NCBI GenBank assembly: GCA_034660555.1
Contig: JAYEJL010000187.1
Coordinates: forward strand, 1 to 31,184
DNA length: 31,184 bases
Direction of reading: 5' to 3'
Origin: Thermotogota bacterium
Lineage (GTDB): Bacteria > Thermotogota > Thermotogae > Petrotogales > Kosmotogaceae
In this document: one piece after another, positions 17,671 through 25,522 of the stretch
Layout of the letters: every line of letters starts with the position of its first letter
Position numbering within the stretch: position 1 is the stretch's first letter
The notes under the pieces: model-generated
Seen by the model: only the letters and a program-made list of their open reading frames with translations
Database searches by the model: none
What the model was told of the DNA's origin: nothing
Translations under genes and position numbers: made by a program

Positions 17671-18430
17671 AGAAATCACTCCCTTCGTCGCTTTTTATTG
17701 CGGTTAAGGCATTACCAATAAGCTCTTCAGTTCTTTTTCTTAACTGTTCTTCGTTGGCAAATTCATTTGGATATAGTGGTTCTAATATCCTTATATTAAT
17801 TTTAGATGGTCTTATTAACAGGCTTCCTTTTTTCATCATGTTTCGTGTTCCATCAAAGGCAACAGGTAATACAGGTATATTTAGTTTGTAAGGTATTGCA
17901 AGGCTTCCTTCTTTAAAATCACCCATTGCTCCTGTGCTGTCTCTTGTTCCCTCTGGAAAAAGCATTATTATACCGCCATTCTTCAATACGCGTAAAATCT
18001 TTCTCATAGATGAAGCAGTCTGAATCTTATTACCACGTTCTATTAAAATTCCGTCCAGTCTTACTACAAACCACTTCAAAAAAGGTATTTTTCCTATCTC
18101 TTTTTTTGCTATAAAAGAGATTCTACCCTTAACAAAACCTGCCATCAGCGGAATATCAAAGGCACTTTGGTGATTCGACACAATGACAGCTGGCCCTTTT
18201 TCGGGAATATTGTCTTTTCCAAGTACGGTTACTTTACTAAATGCAAGTAAAAATGCTGCTTTGCCAAAGCGTCCTACTTCCACCCCAAGGTAATCTTTGG
18301 CTTTTTCACGGGATGAGAGCTTTTCAATGAACAAACTTATTAGCAACACAACAGAACCGTAAACACAAACATACAGAAAAAATGAAAAACCAATCCAAAT
18401 GGTTACCAACAGGTTAATCAGTTTCTTCAT
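17657..18430 (-). CDS. plsC: 1-acyl-sn-glycerol-3-phosphate acyltransferase
   Basis: Catalytic 'NHQSAFDI', plus 'FIAKKE', 'FPEGTR' and 'PVLPV'; hydrophobic N-terminus. Confidence 0.93.
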   Translation of the reverse strand: MKKLINLLVTIWIGFSFFLYVCVYGSVVLLISLFIEKLSSREKAKDYLGVEVGRFGKAAFLLAFSKVTVLGKDNIPEKGPAVIVSNHQSAFDIPLMAGFVKGRISFIAKKEIGKIPFLKWFVVRLDGILIERGNKIQTASSMRKILRVLKNGGIIMLFPEGTRDSTGAMGDFKEGSLAIPYKLNIPVLPVAFDGTRNMMKKGSLLIRPSKINIRILEPLYPNEFANEEQLRKRTEELIGNALTAIKSDEGSDFYAKS

Positions 18431-18431
18431 A

Positions 18432-19619
18432 TCATGCTTTCTCCCTGTTTATTATTTCCCCGTTTTTTAACAGGAATAAATCAACACTGTCAATTGTTTC
18501 ATTTATAATAGCACCTATGTTTATCTTACTTTCTTGATTTCTGACAGGATGAAGTCTCGCTTTTGTGACAGGGTTTGATGGTAGAAACATCACACAACAA
18601 TCTTCATATGGTCTTGATGATATTTCAAATGTATCAATAGCTTTTGCCTTTTCTACTATATCCAGTTTATCAAATCCTATTAGTGGTCTTAGTACAATAC
18701 TTTCTGAAACATCGCCAATTGCTTTGATATTTTCAAGGGTCTGACTTGCCACCTGGCCCAGATTTTCTCCTGTAATTAGAGCTTCATATCCCTTTTTCTT
18801 ACGAACATTATCTGCAATTCTCATCATCATTCGTCTCTGGATAACAAGGCTGTATTTTTCCAGGACATTTTTGTGTATCGAAGTTTGTGCTTTAGCAAAA
18901 TTTACGGAGTATATTTTGAAGGTGCGACCACCTGTGAATCTAGTTAACTCTTTCCCAAGGTCAAGGACTTTCTGTAAAGCCTTTTCTCCAGTAAAAGGCG
19001 GACTTCGAAAGTGAATAGCATCAACAACCAGCCCTCTTCTCATCGCGTACCATCCAGCAACTGGGCTATCCAGTCCTCCAGATAATAATAGCAACGCTTT
19101 ACTGCTGGTACCTACGGGAAGTCCTCCAGGTCCTTTTTTCTTCTCTCCTGTTATTATAACGTGATTTTCTCTTATTTCTGCATTAATGGTAAAATCTGGT
19201 TCGTGTACATCTACCTTCAATGAGTTATTCTTTCTCAAGACCCTATCTCCAAGCCATGCACTAAACTCCAGACTATTCATAGGATAATTCTTGTCGGCAC
19301 GCTTCGTTTCAACTTTAAATGTATTCTGTCCGCTGGCGATATTTTTCCCGGCAATTATGTGTGCTGCCTCTTCAATTTCTTCAGAGTCAAGAGAGCATAA
19401 CTTTCCAGCATTGAAATTTTGTATGCCAAACGTGCTTTCTAAAACGTGTTCCACCTTTTTATTGAATTCCCCATCAATAAATATTCTTCCTCTTTCTTTC
19501 CATATGTAATATGCATCTAATTGGCTGGAGATGTTGTTAACTAGCTGATCTACGAATTTTTTTCTATTCCTACCCTTTAGGCCTATTTCTCCATATCGAA
19601 CGACTATGATACTTTTCAT
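18432..19619 (-). CDS. thiI: tRNA 4-thiouridine(8) synthase ThiI (short form, no rhodanese domain)
   Basis: 'VRYGEIGLKGRNR', THUMP domain, PP-loop 'LLSGGLDS', 'TGENLGQVASQT' and 'YEDCC'. SD AGGAGG. Confidence 0.96.
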   Translation of the reverse strand: MKSIIVVRYGEIGLKGRNRKKFVDQLVNNISSQLDAYYIWKERGRIFIDGEFNKKVEHVLESTFGIQNFNAGKLCSLDSEEIEEAAHIIAGKNIASGQNTFKVETKRADKNYPMNSLEFSAWLGDRVLRKNNSLKVDVHEPDFTINAEIRENHVIITGEKKKGPGGLPVGTSSKALLLLSGGLDSPVAGWYAMRRGLVVDAIHFRSPPFTGEKALQKVLDLGKELTRFTGGRTFKIYSVNFAKAQTSIHKNVLEKYSLVIQRRMMMRIADNVRKKKGYEALITGENLGQVASQTLENIKAIGDVSESIVLRPLIGFDKLDIVEKAKAIDTFEISSRPYEDCCVMFLPSNPVTKARLHPVRNQESKINIGAIINETIDSVDLFLLKNGEIINREKA

Positions 19620-19651
19620 TGATAACCTCCTGTTTCATACCTCATTAACAA

Positions 19652-19660
19652 TGATATAAT
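19652..19660 (+). promoter_or_regulatory. Putative extended -10 promoter for the TPR-membrane protein-nitrilase operon
   Basis: TGATATAAT in the 78-bp divergent gap. Confidence 0.45.
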
Positions 19661-19697
19661 AATTCTGCTTGAATATCATCGATGGGAGGTAATATTT

Positions 19698-20423
19698 ATG
19701 AAGAAGTTGATATTTGTTTTTCTGTTAGGAGTATTGTTAACAATTACTGCATTCTCAATTGACTACGAAGAAGCTTATCAAAGATTTATTGTAATTCGAT
19801 CATCTCAAAATCTTGAAGAAATGAAAGAACTGGTCGAAGAGCTGGAAGATGAAGAAAAGGTATTTGAAGATGTGAATTTTTTGACATTATTAGCAGATTG
19901 CAAAAGAGAATATGCAAACTGGGCACCTGAAGAAGAAAAGGTTGAAAATTATGAACGTGCCAGGGAACTTGCAGAAATGGCCGTTAAAATGGATCCGGAA
20001 TATGGATATGCATATTATGTGGCAGGTGCTTCTATTGGACAGCTGGCTGAGTTTGCGGGTATAGTGAAATCGCTATTTATGCTGGGAGATTTTGATCATT
20101 TTATAGAAAAAGCAATGGAGTTGATGCCCGAAAACAATATGCCCTTTTTAGCAATGGGTATGAGATACAGAGACACTCCATGGCCCTTTAAAAACTATGA
20201 TAAGTCCGAAGAACTTTTGTTAAAGGCTATAAATCTTAAACCTGATTACATAAATTCTTATTATGAACTTGCTTTACTTTATGAAAAATGGGGAAAAATG
20301 GATAAGGCAGCAGAGTATCATGAGAAAATACTAGAAATGCCTATACAGCCAGAATTTGAAGCACAGGGAAGAGAATCAAAAGAGAACGCTGAAAGATGGT
20401 TAAAGGAGAATGGATACAAATAA
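19698..20423 (+). CDS. Exported tetratricopeptide-repeat protein
   Basis: Signal peptide MKKLIFVFLLGVLLTITAFS. TPR-like helices such as 'ELLLKAINLKPDYINSYYELALLYEKWGKMDKAAEYHEKIL'. Confidence 0.85.
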   Translation: MKKLIFVFLLGVLLTITAFSIDYEEAYQRFIVIRSSQNLEEMKELVEELEDEEKVFEDVNFLTLLADCKREYANWAPEEEKVENYERARELAEMAVKMDPEYGYAYYVAGASIGQLAEFAGIVKSLFMLGDFDHFIEKAMELMPENNMPFLAMGMRYRDTPWPFKNYDKSEELLLKAINLKPDYINSYYELALLYEKWGKMDKAAEYHEKILEMPIQPEFEAQGRESKENAERWLKENGYK

Positions 20424-20426
20424 AAT

Positions 20427-20915
20427 ATGCGTTCATCTCTAATACGTTACATATTTGCTGTCATACCAATTTTACTGATTAATACATTGCAATTAAACGT
20501 CTATTATGTGGTTTTAGTGTCAGCTATACTAATTGTTGGTACTTTTCTTAGCAAAGAAAGAGGATGGATTGTAGGTTTACAGGGGCTGACATTATTACTA
20601 ATATATGCCCTTGCTGCATTTTCCTATTTAAGAAAAGGTGGAATAGCAGATAGGCAAACATCTTTATTGCTCTTTTCTCTGGGATACTTTTTTTCTGGTC
20701 TGGAGGGATTTTTTTCATATAAAAAGATCTCTGTTTTATTTGCAGTAATTTTTTGGGGCTTCATTGCTCTGGGTTTAAGTTTTGTATCTTATGAAAAAAT
20801 GGGATATGGAGGAATTGTTCTGGCTGTTGGATTAATAACGCTAATAATGTTTCAGGATATAAAAAAATTAATGGTAAGGATAGATAAGAGAAAAAGCGAT
20901 AATATACAGGAGTGA
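20427..20915 (+). CDS. Hypothetical polytopic membrane protein (~5-6 TM)
   Basis: Highly hydrophobic 162-aa ORF, 3 bp after the TPR gene and overlapping the next gene (GTGA). Confidence 0.8.
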   Translation: MRSSLIRYIFAVIPILLINTLQLNVYYVVLVSAILIVGTFLSKERGWIVGLQGLTLLLIYALAAFSYLRKGGIADRQTSLLLFSLGYFFSGLEGFFSYKKISVLFAVIFWGFIALGLSFVSYEKMGYGGIVLAVGLITLIMFQDIKKLMVRIDKRKSDNIQE

Positions 20916-21745
20916 TTTTTTTGCCAAGAAAAACGGTTTGTGTAGGTAGCGCACAGTTTAATGCGATTGGAGACATGCCCGGTCGTAATCTGGAGATTGC
21001 AATGGATACGGTTGATACCCTGGTGGATAAAGGAGCAAATCTTGTTCTACTTCCAGAAATGTTTAATTCCGGATATGGCCCGGATAAAAAAACGATAGAA
21101 ACAGCTTTAGAAATGTATGAGGAAACCGTGGAAACCCTTTCAGCACTATCAGATTACAATGACATAGCAGTAGTGGCTGGAATGATTAGAAAAATAAAAA
21201 ACGGTTATACAAATTCCACAGCCGTTTTCAAACCTTATGAAGAGCCAATTTTCTACGATAAAATCCATTTGTTTAGGACGGAAAAAGAGAGTTTCGTACC
21301 AGGAAAGAAACCATTTAGTTTTTCATTTAATAGTGTTTCGTTTGGAATAGTTATGTGCTATGAAGTTGGTTTTCCAGAACTATCAAGAATTTTAGCCAGA
21401 GGAGGAGCAGAGGTATTATTGATGCCCTTTGCTTTTGGTAAAGAAAGATACAGAATTTACGATATTGCGACGAGATCAAGAGCACTTGAAAACGGAGTTT
21501 ATGTAGTTACTTCAAGTCAATCTGGAAAGTGTAAAGAAATGGAACTTTTGGGACAGAGTAGGATTGTTTCGCCTTCAGGAGAAGTAATAGAAAGCCTTGG
21601 TACTGGCGAAGGGATCATGTGGAGTAAACTGGACATAAATATAGAGAAACATTATCGTTACGAAGAAACAGGAGACAGTCATGCCTATTTTGCAAATATT
21701 AAAGATGATGTGTATACGCTGAAGCTAAATACAGAAAAATCATGA
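20912..21745 (+). CDS. Carbon-nitrogen hydrolase (nitrilase superfamily)
   Basis: Glu-Lys-Cys triad motifs 'LLPEMF', 'YDKIHLF' and 'MCYEVGFPE', plus 'SRALENG' and 'GQSRIVSPSG'. Confidence 0.93.
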   Translation: MIFLPRKTVCVGSAQFNAIGDMPGRNLEIAMDTVDTLVDKGANLVLLPEMFNSGYGPDKKTIETALEMYEETVETLSALSDYNDIAVVAGMIRKIKNGYTNSTAVFKPYEEPIFYDKIHLFRTEKESFVPGKKPFSFSFNSVSFGIVMCYEVGFPELSRILARGGAEVLLMPFAFGKERYRIYDIATRSRALENGVYVVTSSQSGKCKEMELLGQSRIVSPSGEVIESLGTGEGIMWSKLDINIEKHYRYEETGDSHAYFANIKDDVYTLKLNTEKS

Positions 21746-21757
21746 CGTTCAGTGGTG

Positions 21758-21786
21758 TTGACATAAAACGGTGATTGGGCTAAAAT
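21758..21786 (+). promoter_or_regulatory. Sigma70 promoter of tRNA-Lys/infC operon
   Basis: TTGACA-N17-TAAAAT, near consensus, ending 10 nt before the tRNA. Confidence 0.85.
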
Positions 21787-21796
21787 GTGTTTGATT

Positions 21797-21872
21797 GGGC
21801 CGTTAGCTCAAAAGGCAGAGCGGCTGATTCTTAATCAGTAGGTTGCGGGTTCGATTCCTGCACGGCCCACCA
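21797..21872 (+). tRNA. tRNA-Lys (CTT)
   Basis: 76-nt cloverleaf: acceptor GGGCCGT/ACGGCCC, D arm GCTC/GAGC, anticodon arm GCTGA-TTCTTAA-TCAGT, T loop GGTTCGATTCC, encoded CCA. Confidence 0.97.
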
Positions 21873-21877
21873 ATCAA

Positions 21878-21976
21878 AAAGCAAGAGGAGTCCCGTAACT
21901 CCCACCCCCGCTTAAGCTGAGGGGTATAAGAGGTAAAAAGCATATCAAGGCGGGGTTCCTCCGCCTATTTTATTTT
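21878..21976 (+). ncRNA. L20-leader-like cis-regulatory RNA (attenuator) upstream of infC-rpmI-rplT
   Basis: Lies upstream of infC. Hairpins GGAGT/ACTCC and ACCCC/GGGGT precede terminator AGGCGGGG-ttc-CTCCGCCT-ATTTTATTTT. An alternative 11-bp helix can form between 21885-21895 and 21951-21961. Confidence 0.75.
21948..21976 (+). terminator. Conditional terminator in the infC leader
   Basis: 8-bp GC-rich stem followed by a T-rich tail, immediately before the infC SD. Confidence 0.75.
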
Positions 21977-21988
21977 GTGAGGTGATTG

Positions 21989-22567
21989 ATTATCGGAAGA
22001 AACTATTCGAAAGTGCCGAAGAACAAAAAGAGTTATGCACCAAGAAACAACGAGATACGAAGTGTTAAGGTGAGAGTAATCAATGAAGATGGTGAACAGA
22101 TTGGCATTATGCCAACTAGTGAAGGAATTAATATGGCCCGTGATAAAGGTTATGATTTAGTACTGGTGGCTCCAAATGCAAATCCACCCGTGGCTAAAAT
22201 TATGGATTACGGAAAGTATAAGTACGAAAAAGAAAAACGTGAAAGGGAAGCCAAGAAAAAATCAAAGCAGAACCAATTGAAGCAAATGAAGTTTAGATTG
22301 GGAATAGAAGATCATGATTTTAATACCAAAGTTGGTCATATAAGAGATTTTCTGGAAGAAGGAAGTAAGGTAAGAGTAGTAATAATGTTTAGAGGAAGAG
22401 AAATGGCATTTACTGAAAAGGGTAAAGAATTACTTGAGCGTGTTTCTGATGAATTAAGTGATATTAGTGAAGTAGATAAAACACCCAGGGTAGAAGGACG
22501 CGATATGTGGATGATGCTTAAACCTAAAACAAAGCAAGGAGGAAAGAAAGATGGGAAAAAAGAATAA
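21989..22567 (+). CDS. infC: Translation initiation factor IF-3 (non-canonical ATT/ATC start)
   Basis: Motifs 'NNEIR', 'DLVLVAPNANPPVAKIMDYGKYKYE', 'HDFNTK', 'MFRGRE'. SD GAGGTGA (21979-21985) abuts the TTG at 21986 but suits ATT 21989 or ATC 21992. Confidence 0.97.
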   Translation: MIGRNYSKVPKNKKSYAPRNNEIRSVKVRVINEDGEQIGIMPTSEGINMARDKGYDLVLVAPNANPPVAKIMDYGKYKYEKEKREREAKKKSKQNQLKQMKFRLGIEDHDFNTKVGHIRDFLEEGSKVRVVIMFRGREMAFTEKGKELLERVSDELSDISEVDKTPRVEGRDMWMMLKPKTKQGGKKDGKKE

Positions 22568-22757
22568 GATGAAAAGTCATAAAGCAAGTGCAAAGAGATT
22601 TAAGATAACAAAAAACGGAAAAGTACTCAGACAGCATTCTGGTAGAAATCATAACACAGGAAAAATGAGAGAGAACTACAGCAGGAATGCACGGACATGG
22701 GAAGAAGTAGAAAACAGAAAAGTTGTAAAGAAAATAAAACAGGCAATCCAAAAATAA
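22551..22757 (+). CDS. rpmI: 50S ribosomal protein L35
   Basis: 'KMKSHKASAKRFKITKNGKV...HSGRNH'; lies between infC and rplT; SD AGGAGG. Confidence 0.95.
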   Translation: MGKKNKMKSHKASAKRFKITKNGKVLRQHSGRNHNTGKMRENYSRNARTWEEVENRKVVKKIKQAIQK

Positions 22758-22782
22758 TCGTTATGAGCGAGAGGTGATATAA

Positions 22783-23142
22783 ATGCGTGTTAAAGGTGGA
22801 GTTGCGGCCAAAAAGAAGAAGAAAAAAATACTTAAAGCTGCAAGAGGTTACAGAGGTGCACTTAGCAGGAGATACAGACTGGCAAAACAGTACTATATTA
22901 AATCTGGTGTCTATTCATATTTTGGTAGGAAGGAAAAAAAGAGAGATTTTAGAAAATTATGGATAACCAGAATTAATGCAGCAGCAAGATCTCTTGGCAT
23001 AAAATATAATGAATTGATACACGGGCTTAAGGAAGCGGGCATTAATATCAATAGAAAAATGTTAGCTGATTTAGCGGTTAATGATTTTGATGCTTTTAAA
23101 GAATATGTTTCGATAGCGCGTGAGAATATCTCGAAGAAGTAA
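22783..23142 (+). CDS. rplT: 50S ribosomal protein L20
   Basis: 'MRVKGG', 'KKRDFRKLWITRINAAAR', 'INRKMLADLAV'. Confidence 0.98.
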   Translation: MRVKGGVAAKKKKKKILKAARGYRGALSRRYRLAKQYYIKSGVYSYFGRKEKKRDFRKLWITRINAAARSLGIKYNELIHGLKEAGININRKMLADLAVNDFDAFKEYVSIARENISKK

Positions 23143-23157
23143 CATATAATTGGCAGG

Positions 23158-23180
23158 AGGGGCAATAGCCCCTTTTTTTT
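23158..23180 (+). terminator. Intrinsic terminator after rplT
   Basis: AGGGGC-aata-GCCCCT followed by a T run. Confidence 0.85.
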
Positions 23181-23209
23181 GCAGACAAACAATATAGGAG
23201 GTCAAAAAT

Positions 23210-23626
23210 ATGTCAATGAAATTACAAAGGATTGGAGAAATGGCTTTTCATGTCAAAACTCCTTCAGGACATGATGTTTATCTTGATAGTGGAGAAAATG
23301 TTGGAGGAAAAGATAGTGCTGCAAGACCGATGGAATATGTTCTAATTGCTCTAATGGGTTGCACTTCCATGGATGTCGTTTCTATTTTGAGAAAAATGAA
23401 AGTCACTGATTATGAGTTCTTTATGGAAGTCGAAAGTGAGAAGAAAGATGAACATCCAAAGGTTTTTACAAAGATCAACTTAACGTACAACTTTATTGGA
23501 AAAAATTTGCCAAAGGACAAAATAGAAAAAGCTGTAGAGCTTTCACAGGATAAATATTGCTCTGTTTCGGCAATGCTAAGGGAATCAGTTGAACTGACGC
23601 ACGAGATCAATTATATAAAAAAGTGA
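23210..23626 (+). CDS. OsmC-family protein (YhfA-like)
   Basis: 'RPMEYVLIALMGCTSMDVVSIL', 'HPKVFTKI', 'AVELSQDKYCSVSAML', with two conserved Cys. Confidence 0.93.
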   Translation: MSMKLQRIGEMAFHVKTPSGHDVYLDSGENVGGKDSAARPMEYVLIALMGCTSMDVVSILRKMKVTDYEFFMEVESEKKDEHPKVFTKINLTYNFIGKNLPKDKIEKAVELSQDKYCSVSAMLRESVELTHEINYIKK

Positions 23627-23629
23627 GGG

Positions 23630-24454
23630 ATGAATATGGCACAAAATGATAAATTGAAGGAACGAATGAAAAAGGTAAAGGAAAATCTTAAAACTATTAA
23701 ACACAAATTACTTGTAATGTCAGGCAAGGGCGGCGTTGGTAAATCCACCGTAGCTGTTAATCTTGCAGTTGCACTTGCTGATGAAGGTTATGATGTAGGT
23801 TTGCTTGATATAGATTTGCACGGACCGGATGTTGCTTTGATGCTCGGAATCAAAAATAAACCGGAAGTCCTTGAAGGACAGATTTTACCTCCAGAACCGT
23901 TACCAAATCTGAAGGTTGTTTCACTTGCAAACTTTATTGAAAACGATGTTCCTGTTATCTGGAGGGGACCAATGAAAACGTCTGCAATTTATCAGTTTCT
24001 TGGCGATGTTGCCTGGGGAGACCTTGATTTTCTAATAATAGACTCACCTCCAGGTACCGGTGATGAATCATTGACTATTCTTCAGTCTATTGAGGACATC
24101 AAGTCTTTGCTGGTAACCACCCCACAGAATGTTTCTGCTGGCGATGTGAGTAGAGCGTTTAATTTTGTTAAATCATTAAAAAAAGATGTTATAGGTTTTG
24201 TTGAAAACATGTCTTATTTACGTTGTCCAAATTGCGGTGAAAAGATCCTGCTTTTCGGTAAAGGAGCAGGAGATAGACTTTCTAAAGATTATGACATTCC
24301 TCTTTTGGAATCTCTTCCCTTCGATCCACAGGTTGTGGTGAATTCCGATAGTGGAAAAGGTATTGTGTCTCATATGAGGGGTTCTGAGCTAGAAAAGAGC
24401 TACAGAAAGCTTGTAAAAAGTATATTTGATTCGCTGGAGGACAACGAAAAATGA
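23630..24454 (+). CDS. mrp: Mrp/NBP35 (ApbC) Fe-S cluster carrier ATPase
   Basis: Deviant Walker A 'SGKGGVGKST', plus 'IWRGPM', 'IDSPPGTGDE' and 'ENMSYLRCPNC'. Confidence 0.95.
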   Translation: MNMAQNDKLKERMKKVKENLKTIKHKLLVMSGKGGVGKSTVAVNLAVALADEGYDVGLLDIDLHGPDVALMLGIKNKPEVLEGQILPPEPLPNLKVVSLANFIENDVPVIWRGPMKTSAIYQFLGDVAWGDLDFLIIDSPPGTGDESLTILQSIEDIKSLLVTTPQNVSAGDVSRAFNFVKSLKKDVIGFVENMSYLRCPNCGEKILLFGKGAGDRLSKDYDIPLLESLPFDPQVVVNSDSGKGIVSHMRGSELEKSYRKLVKSIFDSLEDNEK

Positions 24455-25500
24455 ACTTCAAGAGTATAACACTTGAATGGACCGGCAATACCTTGATTTT
24501 TATTGATCAAAGAAAATTACCGGTTGAAAATGAAATGGTGATCTGTAGAAACCATGATGATGTGTACAATGCAATAAAAAATATGGTTGTTCGCGGAGCT
24601 CCCGCCATTGGCGCAGGTGCTGCTTTTGGTTATTTGCTGGGTGCAATGGAGGTTGATGGTAGTAACTACAATGAGCTGACAGAACATATGAAATCAGTTA
24701 AAGAGTATCTTGGATCAAGCAGACCAACTGCTGTAAATCTTTTTTGGGCTCTGGAAAAAATGCACTCGAAGTTTGAGAAACTTATAAAGAATGAAAGAAA
24801 TTGGATAGAAGAACTTGAGAAGGAAGCTATATCAATTGCCCGGGAAGATATCGAAATAAACAAAAAAATTGGAAAAAATGGAGAACCACTTCTTGAAGAT
24901 GGCGATACGGTATTAACGCATTGTAATGCTGGAGCACTTGCTACTGTCGATTATGGAACAGCATTGGGTGTTATAAGAGCAGCGATAGAAAAAGGCAAAA
25001 AAATATCCGTATATGCTGATGAAACAAGACCATATTTACAGGGAGCCAGGTTAACAACCTGGGAATTAATGAAAGACAATATTCCCGTGACGTTAATCAC
25101 TGATAATATGGCTGGATGGGCTATGAAAAAAGGGTTAATAGACGCTGTTATAGTCGGAGCAGATAGAATTGCTTCAAATGGTGATACTGCAAACAAAATA
25201 GGAACATACTCGCTGGCTATACTGGCAAAGGAACACAATATTCCTTTTTACATTGCCGCACCTTTATCCACAATCGATATGTCATGTCCTGATGGAGAAC
25301 ATATTCCCATTGAAGAAAGAGACCATAGAGAGATTACACACATCAAGGGACAGCAGATTGCACCGGACGATGTCAATTGTTATAATCCTGCTTTTGATGT
25401 TACACCAGGTAAAATGATTAAGGGTATCATAACAGAAAAGAACGTAGCTTATCCCCCTTATAATGAATCATTAAAGACATTATTTAAAACATCTGAATAA
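24451..25500 (+). CDS. mtnA: S-methyl-5-thioribose-1-phosphate isomerase
   Basis: 'DQRKLP', 'MVVRGAPAIG', 'SRPTAVNL', 'LTHCNAGALAT', 'ETRPYLQGARLT', 'ANKIGTY', 'NPAFDVTP'. Confidence 0.97.
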   Translation: MNFKSITLEWTGNTLIFIDQRKLPVENEMVICRNHDDVYNAIKNMVVRGAPAIGAGAAFGYLLGAMEVDGSNYNELTEHMKSVKEYLGSSRPTAVNLFWALEKMHSKFEKLIKNERNWIEELEKEAISIAREDIEINKKIGKNGEPLLEDGDTVLTHCNAGALATVDYGTALGVIRAAIEKGKKISVYADETRPYLQGARLTTWELMKDNIPVTLITDNMAGWAMKKGLIDAVIVGADRIASNGDTANKIGTYSLAILAKEHNIPFYIAAPLSTIDMSCPDGEHIPIEERDHREITHIKGQQIAPDDVNCYNPAFDVTPGKMIKGIITEKNVAYPPYNESLKTLFKTSE

Positions 25501-25522
25501 ATTGACAACCGGAGTGAAATAT

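Noticed and set aside
21797..21872. tRNA as an integration site for a prophage or island
   Set aside because: No integrase in the window, no duplicated tRNA 3' end noticed, and the flanking genes look like core genes.
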